DNA of 64,000 nt from an uncultured delta proteobacterium (GTDB taxonomy: Bacteria; Myxococcota_A; Polyangia; Haliangiales; Haliangiaceae): positions 160,001 through 224,000 of the forward strand of contig CAVUQH010000003.1 in the NCBI GenBank assembly GCA_963743525.1, written 5' to 3'. A model generated the notes under the pieces. That model saw only the letters and a program-made list of their open reading frames with translations. It was not told where the DNA came from and made no database searches. How positions within the stretch are numbered: position 1 is the first letter of the stretch; the number at the start of each line of letters is the position of its first letter. The position numbers and the translations under genes are program-made. Below, in pieces: positions 29,216 to 39,827 of the stretch.

Positions 29216-30618
29216 GCGTCCTCGTCGGTCGTGGCGAGGGCGGCTCGCGCCCGCGCGATCTCGGCTTCCACTCGCACCCGCGCCGGTCCCCCGGTCACGT
29301 CGCGGCGGTTGACTGCGTTGGCTACGTCGAGCCATTCGTACACGTCGTCGTCGAAGGCGGGGTGCTCGGCGCGCAGCTCGTCCAGGCTCAGCGCCGCCAG
29401 CTCGACCCCGCGATCCAGGGCCGCCCGCACCAGGGCGCCGGCGCGATCGTGGGCGTCGCGGAACGGCAGCCCCTTGGACACCAGGTAGTCGGCCAGCTCG
29501 GTGGCCACCAGGTAGCCCTCGTCCACGGCTTGGCGCAGCCGGTCGACGTCGAACTCCAGCGCGCCGACCATGCCGGTGGCCACCCGCAGGCTGGCCTCCA
29601 CGGTCTCGACCGCGTCGTAGAGCGGCTCCTGGGTCTCCTGCAGGTCCTTGTTGTAGGCCAGCGGCAGCCCCTTGAGCACGGTGATCAGGCTGACCCAGGC
29701 GCCGACCACGCGGCCGCTCTTGCCGCGGATCAGCTCGGCCAGGTCGGGGTTGACCTTCTGCGGCATCAGCGACGAGCCGGAGCAGTAGGCCTCGCTCAGC
29801 CGGGCAAAGCGGAACTCCTGCGACAGCCACAGGACGATCTCCTCGCCCAGTCGCGACAGGTGCACCTGGCACAGGGCCAGCGCGCTGACCAGCTCGATGG
29901 CGAAGTCGCGGTCGCCGGAGGCGTCCAGGCTGTTCCTGGTCACGCCGTCGAAGCCCAGCTCTCCGGCGACCCACTCGCGGTCGATGGGAAAGGTCGTCGC
30001 GGCCAGGGCGCCGGCGCCCAGCGGGGACTCGCCGGCCCGGCGCGCGGCGTCGACCACCCGGCCGCGGTCGCGCTCGAGCATGGCCACGTAGGCGAGCATG
30101 TGGTGGGCAACCCGCACCGGCTGCGCCCGCTGCAGATGGGTGTAGCCGGGCATGAAGGTGTCGACGTGCCGCTGGGCCTGGTCGAGCAGCGCGCCGCACA
30201 GCTCGCCGATGCGCGTCGCCACCTGCCGCGCCGCGGCGCGAGCGTACAGCTTGAGGTCGGTGGCCACCTGGTCGTTGCGGCTGCGCGCGGTGTGCAGCCG
30301 CCGGCCGGCGTCGCCGATCTTGTCGATCAGCCGCGCCTCGACGTTCATGTGGATGTCTTCCAGGGCCGGGTCGAGCTCGACCTGGCCGCTCTCGATCTCG
30401 GCCTGCACCTCGGCCAGGCCGGCGGCGATGGCGTCGGCGTCCTCCTGCGAGATGATGCCCTGGCGGGCCAGCATCCGCGCGTGCGCCGTGGAGCCGGCCA
30501 CGTCGTGTCGCAGCAGCCGGTAGTCGAAGCCGATCGACGCGTTGACCTCGGCCGCGTCCGGCGCCAGCCCGCCGTCGAAGCGACGCCCGCGCGCGCCCTT
30601 GGGTCCGCCCGATGACAT
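29212..30618 (-). CDS. argH: Argininosuccinate lyase
   Basis: [54 protein letters not shown]. Confidence 0.96.
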
Positions 30619-30738
30619 GGCGCGCAGTGTAGTGAAAATCGCCGCCGCCGGCACCGCCGAAACAAAAAAGCGGCTGGCACCAGGCCAGCCGCTGTTCCCA
30701 CCCACCCGAGCGTAGAGCCGGGATTTGGCTGAATTGGA

Positions 30739-31530
30739 TTACGCCCGACGGCGTTTGCGCGGCGCGCCGCGCAGAGCCTCGTCGTAGACGCTCACCTCGG
30801 ACACCGCCGTGGTCTCCACCGCTTCGAGGTAGAGCAGCACGATGTCGTCATTTTCGTTCTTCAGCGCCTCGTAGTAGCGCTGGCGATCGATCGAGTGGAT
30901 CACCGCGATCGGGTAGTTGGCCTGGCCGAGGACGGCGTTGGCCAGGATGCGCGCGGCCTTGCCGGTGAGCTTGGCCCACGGGAAGATCTGCATCAGCTTG
31001 AAATGCATGCGCGCGGTCCGCTCGACCGGGTGCATCGCAGCGGTGCTCTTGTCGTCGATCCACTCGCCCAGCTTGCGCATCCGGTAGGCGATCTTCTCCG
31101 GCGGCGAGATGTCGTGATAGTAGAGTCGGTGCAGCGGGTTGTCCTTGCGGTACTGCGCCTGGCTCGGATCCTCGGTGTTGAGGCAGTCAACCAGCTCCTT
31201 GAGCGTATCGAGCTTCACCTTCTTCTTGCCGTTGGCGATCTCGGCTCCCAGCTCGCAGGCGGCGTCGAACGCCTTGATCTGATCGTAGGCTGGGATCAGC
31301 GAGGTATCGCTGATGATGGTCGGGTCGATGGCTGCCTTGATCTCGCTGTGCGTGAGCACGTCGCCTTCGAGCGCGGCGTCGTGATAGATGAGCGAGATCC
31401 TGAGTCGGGCCTCGAACTCCCGGCGAACTGCATCGGGCACTTCGCGCGACCGGGTTCGCCAGGTATCCACAGCGGCGTCAACCTGTGAATAACGGGCCTC
31501 GATGTCCTCTTTCTCTTTGTATCTAAGCAA
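30739..31530 (-). CDS. Fic-family protein with a degenerate active site
   Basis: HDAALEG (inhibitory-helix-like); [23 protein letters not shown] in place of HPFxDGNGRxx[10 protein letters not shown]. Confidence 0.8.
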   Translation of the reverse strand: MLRYKEKEDIEARYSQVDAAVDTWRTRSREVPDAVRREFEARLRISLIYHDAALEGDVLTHSEIKAAIDPTIISDTSLIPAYDQIKAFDAACELGAEIANGKKKVKLDTLKELVDCLNTEDPSQAQYRKDNPLHRLYYHDISPPEKIAYRMRKLGEWIDDKSTAAMHPVERTARMHFKLMQIFPWAKLTGKAARILANAVLGQANYPIAVIHSIDRQRYYEALKNENDDIVLLYLEAVETTAVSEVSVYDEALRGAPRKRRRA

Positions 31531-31886
31531 GCGTTTTCCTTCCGCTTTCTATCCCCCCAGAGCGGGCCGCGTTAGTCTAGCCGCGGCGACCCAGTGGATC
31601 AACCAATCACCCGAAGAAACTGAACGCACGCACAGTTAAATCTGCCAAATTGCGGACAGTGTGGCTGCAAAACCGCAGCCGTTGTGAAACGCCCCAACCC
31701 TCGGGCTGTGCGGTGTCTGTTCCCGCCGCGCGGCGATAACTGGGCGTAACCCGTACGAAAACTTGCGCCGCCTCGGAGACCGGTCCTAGAACGAAAGGAG
31801 CGTCTCCCATCTTTTTCGAAAAAAAAAGCACCTTGGCTGCCACTCCCGCTCGAGAAACACGTGAGCGGCCTCACATCAAAGCGTTC

Positions 31887-32843
31887 GTGCCCGAGTTTGC
31901 CCATACCCCGGTTCTGGCTGCGGAGGTCGCCCGCTATCTGGCGCCCCGGCCGGGAGGGGTCTATGTCAACGGCACGCTCGGCGGTGCCGGACATGCCCGG
32001 CAAACCCTGGAGATGTCGGCGCCGGACGGCCGATTGATCGGTATCGATCGCGATCCGGCGGCGCTCGCCGCGGCGCGAGCAGCGCTCGAGCAAGCGGAGC
32101 TGGCCGCGCGGGTCACCCTGGTCCACGCCACCTTCGGAGACATCGGCGAGGTGTTGACCGCGCAGGGCATCGCCGCGGTCAACGGCATCCTGCTCGATCT
32201 CGGACTGTCGTCGCACCAGGTCGATACCGCCGAGCGCGGCTTCTCGTTCGGCCGCGGCGGCCCCATCGACATGCGCATGGATCCGACCCGCGGCGAGACC
32301 GCGCTGGAGCTGATCGTCCGCCTGCCGCCCGATGACCTCTCTGCGATTCTGCGCGAGTACGGTGAGGAGCGCTACGCCGCGCGCATCTCCCGCGCGATGA
32401 AGGAGGCCGCTCGCGCTGGCACGTTGTCGACCACTCTGGATCTGGCCGCCGTCGTCGAGGCCGCCATCCCGGCGCCGGCGCGCCGCCGACAGCGCATTCA
32501 CCCGGCGACGCGCACCTTCCAGGCGCTGCGCATCGCGGTCAACCGCGAGCTCGACCAGCTGGCTCATTTCCTCGACGTCTTTCCCGATCTGCTCGCCCCC
32601 GGCGGCCGCTGCGTGATCATCAGCTTCCACTCGCTGGAGGACCGGATGGTCAAGCGCCGGTTCCGCGAGCTGGCGTGGTCGTCGTCACTGCCGCCCGACC
32701 TGGCCCGCCAGGCCGGCGAGCGGGTGTCACCGATCTGCGCCGTGCTGACCAAGCGTCCGATCACCGCCACCGACGCCGAAGTCAACGAAAACCCGCGCGC
32801 CCGCTCGGCCAAGCTCCGGGCCTGCGAAAAGCTGCCCAACTAG
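31887..32843 (+). CDS. rsmH: 16S rRNA m4C1402 methyltransferase
   Basis: HTPVL, GTLGGAGH, DLGLSS, DMRMD, YGEE, TFQALRIAVNREL, SFHSLEDR, NPRARSAKLR; start GTG is inferred. Confidence 0.95.
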   Translation: MPEFAHTPVLAAEVARYLAPRPGGVYVNGTLGGAGHARQTLEMSAPDGRLIGIDRDPAALAAARAALEQAELAARVTLVHATFGDIGEVLTAQGIAAVNGILLDLGLSSHQVDTAERGFSFGRGGPIDMRMDPTRGETALELIVRLPPDDLSAILREYGEERYAARISRAMKEAARAGTLSTTLDLAAVVEAAIPAPARRRQRIHPATRTFQALRIAVNRELDQLAHFLDVFPDLLAPGGRCVIISFHSLEDRMVKRRFRELAWSSSLPPDLARQAGERVSPICAVLTKRPITATDAEVNENPRARSAKLRACEKLPN

Positions 32844-32845
32844 CC

Positions 32846-33196
32846 GTGAAGTCTCCACGTCCATACGCACCCCCGTCGATGAAGGTGGCCGTCGCCGGCA
32901 TGATCACGATCGCGGCGGTGGTGATCGCGCTGGCGGTCGGGCACGTGACCCGCCGGCAGGAAGCGATCCGCCTCGGCTACGATCTGTCCGACGCGCTCAC
33001 CGAGCTGCGCCACGCGCAGGAGGAGAATCGCCGCCTTCGCCTGGAGCGATCGGTGCTGACCAGCCCCGATCGGATCAACGGCCTGGCAGCGCAGATGGGC
33101 ATGCACCAGCCGACCGAGGGCCAGGTGCGGATCGTCCGCCCGGACGCCTCCGCGCTGGCCGAGCTGCGAGCGTCGGAGGCGGGATCGGGCCAATGA
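32846..33196 (+). CDS. ftsL: Cell division protein FtsL
   Basis: TM helix plus coiled coil, L.SP.RI..LA..GM.QP; lies between rsmH and ftsI. Confidence 0.8.
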   Translation: MKSPRPYAPPSMKVAVAGMITIAAVVIALAVGHVTRRQEAIRLGYDLSDALTELRHAQEENRRLRLERSVLTSPDRINGLAAQMGMHQPTEGQVRIVRPDASALAELRASEAGSGQ

Positions 33197-35229
33197 GGCG
33201 CCGCGCCGAGAGCGCGCCGGCGCGCCGCCGGGTGCAGGTCGCGGCTCGCAGCCGCTGGGTGCGCGTGCGCATCCACATCGCCGCCGTCGTGCTCGGCCTG
33301 GCGCTGTGCGCCATCGGCTACCAGGCCTACGCCATCCAGATCTCCGACGCCGACCACTACCGCAGGCTCGCCCGCCGCCAGCACATGCGCACGCTCGAGA
33401 TCCCGGCGCCGCGCGGTGTGGTCTACGACACCCGCGGCCGCGAGCTGGCGGTCACGGTCAACACCGACTCGATCTTCGCCAGCCCGCGCCAGGTGCGCGA
33501 CGTCTCGGGCACCGCCGAGGCGCTGGCCGGCGCGCTCGGCCTCGACGTCCGCGAGCTCGAGGCCGATCTCGGCTCGCGCCGCAGCTTCGTCTGGATCGCC
33601 CGCCGCGTGACGCCCGATCAGGCCGACGCGGTCAAAGCCCTGAAACTGCCCGGCATCGAGCTGACCAAGGAGCCGCGCCGCTTCTATCCCAGCCGCTCGG
33701 CGGCGGGCCCGGTGATCGGCTTCGCCAACATCGACGGCCACGGGTTGGAAGGCGTGGAGCGGTCGATGAACGACCTGCTCGAGGGCAAGAAGGGCGAGCT
33801 CGACGCGCTGCGCGACGCCCGCGGCCGGGTCACCCTGGAAGACGGCGATGCCGGCGTGGTTCCCGGCGCCTCGGTCTACCTGACCATCGATCGGTCGATT
33901 CAGTACATCGCCGAGCGCGCGCTGGCCAAGACGATGGAGGAGCACCATCCCCACGCCGCCGTCGCGGTGGTGCTCGAGGTCGGCAGCGGCCGGGTCCTGG
34001 CCATGGCCAGCAACCCGACCTACAATCCCAACCTGCCCGGCTCCGCTCGCGGGGCGCGCAACCGAGTCATTACCGACGTGTTCGAGGTCGGCTCGGTGAT
34101 GAAGGCGTTCACCGTGGCCGGCGCTCTCGACGCCGGGGTCATCCGCCCCGATCAGACCTTCGATATCCAGAACGGGGCGATTCGCGTGGGCCACCACACG
34201 ATTCGCGACTCCCACCACGACAAGGAGCTGTCGGTCGAGGGGATCATCAAGCGGTCGTCCAACGTCGGCGCGATCAAGATCGCCCAGGCGCTGGGCGCGC
34301 CGGCGCTGCACGACGCCCTGGTCCGCTTCCACTTCGCGCAGAAGACCGACATCGAGCTCCCTGGGGAGCGCGGCGGCGTGCTCCGCCCGGCCAAGCGCTG
34401 GACCGAGATCGGCCTGGCAACCGCCGGCTTCGGCATGGGCTTCTCGGTCACGCCGCTGCAGGTGGTCTCGGCCTACGCCGCCATCGGCAACGGCGGCATC
34501 TACCACCGCCCGCGGATCATCCGCGAGGTGCGCGGCGCCGACGGCCAGGAGCTGTATCTGCACCATCCCGAGGGCGAGCGGATCATGTCGGCCAGGACCG
34601 CCGGCGAGGTCCTGCACATGCTCGGCACCGTGTTCGAGAAGGGGCGCAACGGCGGCACCGCCCACAACATCGACGTCCCCGGCTACCGTTGCGGCGGCAA
34701 GACCGGCACCGCGCAGAAGCTCGATCCGGCCACCGGCCGCTACGGCGAGCACATGTACGTCGGCTCGTTCGTCGGCGTGGCGCCGCTGGCCGACCCGCGC
34801 ATCGCCGTGCTGGTGCTGGTCGACCAGCCCGACGCGGACACCGGCTACTACGGCGCCGAGGTGGCAGCGCCGGCCTGGGCGACCATCGTCAGCGAGAGCC
34901 TGCGCTACCTGGGCGTGCCCGAGGATGCGCCGTCGCCCGCCGAGCAGGCCGCGGCGCCGGCGCCGGACAAGGCCGTGGCCGCCGCCGATGACGAGATCGA
35001 CGAGCCGGCCGATGGCATCACCGCCGAGCTCCTCACCAGCGCCATCGACGGCGTCAGCGTTCCCGATTTCCGCGGCCTCGGGGTGGCCCAGGCGATGGAG
35101 CGCGCGGCCCGCAGCGGGCTGCAGCTCGAGGTCGTCGGCTCCGGACGCGCAGTCAGTCAGTCGCCCGATCCCGGCGTGCCGGCCAAGGGTGCGAACTGTC
35201 GAGTGGTATTCGCTCCCGGCTACCGGTAG
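33193..35229 (+). CDS. ftsI: Division transpeptidase PBP3 with PASTA domain
   Basis: RGVVYD, RFYP, LTID; SVMK, SSN and KTG motifs; VPDFRG PASTA. Confidence 0.92.
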   Translation: MRRRAESAPARRRVQVAARSRWVRVRIHIAAVVLGLALCAIGYQAYAIQISDADHYRRLARRQHMRTLEIPAPRGVVYDTRGRELAVTVNTDSIFASPRQVRDVSGTAEALAGALGLDVRELEADLGSRRSFVWIARRVTPDQADAVKALKLPGIELTKEPRRFYPSRSAAGPVIGFANIDGHGLEGVERSMNDLLEGKKGELDALRDARGRVTLEDGDAGVVPGASVYLTIDRSIQYIAERALAKTMEEHHPHAAVAVVLEVGSGRVLAMASNPTYNPNLPGSARGARNRVITDVFEVGSVMKAFTVAGALDAGVIRPDQTFDIQNGAIRVGHHTIRDSHHDKELSVEGIIKRSSNVGAIKIAQALGAPALHDALVRFHFAQKTDIELPGERGGVLRPAKRWTEIGLATAGFGMGFSVTPLQVVSAYAAIGNGGIYHRPRIIREVRGADGQELYLHHPEGERIMSARTAGEVLHMLGTVFEKGRNGGTAHNIDVPGYRCGGKTGTAQKLDPATGRYGEHMYVGSFVGVAPLADPRIAVLVLVDQPDADTGYYGAEVAAPAWATIVSESLRYLGVPEDAPSPAEQAAAPAPDKAVAAADDEIDEPADGITAELLTSAIDGVSVPDFRGLGVAQAMERAARSGLQLEVVGSGRAVSQSPDPGVPAKGANCRVVFAPGYR

Positions 35230-35276
35230 GGCTTGTTTCGCGGCATGAAATCGGTGAGGTTCCGCGTTCTTCAGTC

Positions 35277-38133
35277 ATGAGGCTGTCCGAGCTCGCAGCG
35301 CTGCTTCCCGCGGCCCGGATCGTCGGCGACGGCGACCCGGAGGTGACCTCCGTGGTCAACGACTCGCGCGAGGCCGGCGAGGGCGCGCTGTTCGTCGCCA
35401 TCCCGCGCAGCGCCGACGGCCACCGCTTCGTCGCCGGCGCGGTCGAGCGCGGCGCCGTCGCCGTGGTCGCCCAGCACGAGGTCGACGCCGACGTGCCGCA
35501 GGTGATCGTCGCCGACAGCGCCGAGGCGTTCGGCGTGCTGGTGTCGCGGATGGCCGGCGACCCGGCCCACCGGCTGCAGCTGGTCGGCATCACCGGAACC
35601 AACGGCAAGACCACCATCACCTTCCTGCTCGAGGCGATCCTCCAGGCGGCGGGCGCGGCGCCCGGCGTGCTGGGCACCGTCAGCTACCGCTTCGGCGGGC
35701 GCACCGTCGACGCGCCGTACACCACGCCGACGCCGGGCATCCTCCACCGGACCTTTGCTGCCATGACCGATGCCGGCTGCAGCCACGCGGTCATGGAGGT
35801 GTCGAGCGCGGCGCTGGCGATGGACCGGATGGCCGGGCTGCGCTTTGGCGTGGGCGCGTTCACCAACCTGACCCAGGACCACCTCGACGTCCACGGCGAC
35901 ATGGACACCTACCGCGCGGCCAAGGCGCGGCTGTTCGCCGACTACCTGGCCGACGATGGCGTCGCGGTGATCAACGCCGACGATCCGGCGGCGCCGCACA
36001 TGATCGCCGCGGCCGGCGAGCACCGGGTGCTGCGGGTCAGCATCCGCGCCGACGTCAACGCCGAGATCCGCGTGACCCGCGCCGACTCCAGCGTCAACGG
36101 CATCACCGCCACCATCGACACGCCGACCGGGCCGATCGAGATCACCTCGCGCGCGCTGCTCGGCGGCTACAACATCAGCAACATCGCCGTCGCCGTCGGC
36201 GTGGCCGAGGCGCTGGGCCTGGACCACGACGCCATCGCCCGCGGCATCGACACCATGCCCGGGGTCCCGGGTCGGGTCGAGCGGGTGGTCAACGGCGCCG
36301 GCCTCGACATCCTGGTCGACTACGCCCACACGCCCGATGCGCTGCGCAACGTCCTCGGCGCGCTGCGCCCGCTCACCCGCGGCCGGCTGATCTGCGTGTT
36401 CGGCTGCGGCGGTGACCGCGATCCGACCAAGCGGCCGATCATGGGCGCTGCCGTGGCCGAGCTGGCCGACCTGGCGGTGGTCACCTCGGACAACCCGCGC
36501 ACCGAGGACCCACAGGCGATCATCGACATGATCCTGCCGGCGGTGCCCGACCCGTTCTTCGTCGATGCCGACCGGCGGGTCGCCATCCGCGCGGCGGTGG
36601 CCGAGGCGGTGCCGGGCGACATCGTCGTCATCGCCGGCAAGGGCCACGAGGATTACCAGATCGTCGCCACCGACACGGGCACCCACAAGATCCACTTCGA
36701 CGACCGCGAAGAGGCGGCGGCCGCCGTGTCCGCGCGGTGGACGCTCACGACCGGCGAGATCATCGAGGCCACCGGCGGTCGGCTCGTCGCCGGCAGCGAC
36801 CGGATGACGTTTGCCCGCGCGATCATCGACGGCCGCGCCGCCGCCCCCGGCGATCTGTACGTGGCGATCCGCGGCGAGACCCACGACGGTCACGCCTTTT
36901 GCGCCCAGGCCGCCGAGGCCGGTGCCACCGGGCTGCTCATCGACCACACCGCCGATCTGACCGCGCTGCCGGCGGGAGTCACGGTCATCCAGGTCGCCGA
37001 CACCCGCGTCGCCCTCGGTCAGGTCGCGCGCATCATCAGCAGGCGCTGGGGCTTGGCCGATCCCGAGGCGGCGGTTGGTGGCGATCACCGGCTCGGCCGG
37101 CAAGACCACGACCAAAGAGCTGCTCCGCGCCGCGCTGTCGGCGGCCGGGCGGGTCCACGCGTCGGTCGGCTCGCTCAACAACGAGACCGGCGTGCCGCTG
37201 ACGTTGCTCGGCCTGCGCGACTATCACGACTACGCCGTGGTCGAGATGGGCATGCGCGGGCTGGGGCAGATCGCCTATCTGGTCAACATCGCCGAGCCGC
37301 ACGTCGGCGTGGTGGTCAACGCCGGCACCGCCCACGTCGGCGTGGTCGGCAGCATCGAGGCGATCGCCCGCGGCAAATCCGAGATCTTCGCCGCGTTGCC
37401 CGGCTACGGCTGCGCCATCTTCCCGGCCGGCGATCCGCGGCTTGCGGCCCACGCGGCCGGCGCGCCGCGGCGGCTGACCTTCGGCGAGGAAGAGGACGCC
37501 GACGTCCGCCTGGTCTCCTACCGGCCGGCCGGCGCCGGCGGCGCGGACGTGGTTCTTCGCGTGGATGGCCGCGACCTCGCCGCCCGCGTGCCGCTGCCGG
37601 GCAAGCACAACGCGGTCAACGCCGCCTGCGCTCTGGCCGCGGCCATCGCCGTCGGCGTCGATGCCGAGGTGGCCGCTCGCGGCCTGGCCGGCGCCCGCGC
37701 CGCCGACATGCGCGGCCAGGTGCGGGTCATCGGCGGGCGCAATGTCCTGGTCGACTGCTACAACGCCAATCCAGCATCGATGCGCGCCGCCCTCGATACC
37801 TTGCGTGAGCTCGCCGGCCAGCGGCCGGCGGTGGCCGTGCTCGGCGACATGCTCGAGCTGGGCGACGATGCTCCCGCGGCCCACCGCGAGGCCGGCGCCC
37901 AGGCGGCCGCTCGCGATGCCCACGTGATCGCGCTGGGCGAGCATGCCGGCGCGCTGGCCGACGGCGCCCGCGCGGCCGGCGGCAGCGCCGAGGTCGCCGG
38001 CGATCCGGCAGCGGCGGCCGCGGCGGTCCGCCAACGGAGCGGCGCCGGTGACTGGGTGCTGGTCAAAGCGTCGCGCGGCATGCGGCTCGAGCGCGTGGTC
38101 GACGCCCTGGCGGAGGAAGTCGGCCAACAATGA
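35277..38133 (+). CDS. murE: MurE-MurF fusion protein (+1 frameshift near 37062-37070, probable error)
   Basis: MurE motifs GTNGKTT, DYAHTPD, DNPR, GKGHE, FDDRE run without a stop into the MurF N-domain (IRGETHDGH). AITGSAGKTTTK, NNETGVP, DCYNANP, LGDMLELG, KASRG follow in the next frame. Confidence 0.9.
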
Positions 38134-38155
38134 CGCATTGAAAATGCGTCATTGT
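38127..38155. promoter_or_regulatory. Perfect 13-bp inverted repeat, candidate operator
   Basis: ACAATGACGCATT-gaa-AATGCGTCATTGT. Confidence 0.5.
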
Positions 38156-38270
38156 GAGAAGCAACAATGTTACGGAACAAGCGCATACGCGGGGAGATGA
38201 GCCGATTTTCGTCCGCCCTCACCCACGACGGGCGGCGAGAATCGGCTCTCGCGCCAGGCGGTGGTGACTA

Positions 38271-39407
<1,137 letters not shown>

Positions 39408-39425
39408 GCTTTGGACGGAGTCGCG

Positions 39426-39827
39426 ATGGACAAGCCCAAGCCCAAGCTCACGGTCGATCAGTGCATGTCGCCCAGTCCCTACACCATCGAGTGTGGGGCC
39501 AGCCTGGCCGAGGCCCAGGCGGTGATGGAGAAGCACAAGATCCGTCACCTGCCGGTGATGGACGGCGGCAAGCTGGTCGGCCTGCTGTCGATGCGCGACG
39601 TCCACGTGCTGCAGGCGCTGGAGAACGTCGACCCGTATGCGGTGACCGTGGGCAAGGCCGCGCAGGAGAGCATCTACACCGTGCAGGTCGGCACCGACCT
39701 GCGCGAGGTGGCGGCCAACATGGGCGGCTACAAGTACGGCTCGGCGGTGGTCCTCGACGGTGCCAAGGTGGTCGGCATCATCACCACCGTCAACGCCATG
39801 CGCGTGTTGATCAACCTGCTCGGCTGA
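39426..39827 (+). CDS. Stand-alone CBS-pair protein
   Basis: MSPSPYTI..IRHLPVMDGGKLVGLLS..VVGIIT; GGAG RBS. Confidence 0.85.
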   Translation: MDKPKPKLTVDQCMSPSPYTIECGASLAEAQAVMEKHKIRHLPVMDGGKLVGLLSMRDVHVLQALENVDPYAVTVGKAAQESIYTVQVGTDLREVAANMGGYKYGSAVVLDGAKVVGIITTVNAMRVLINLLG

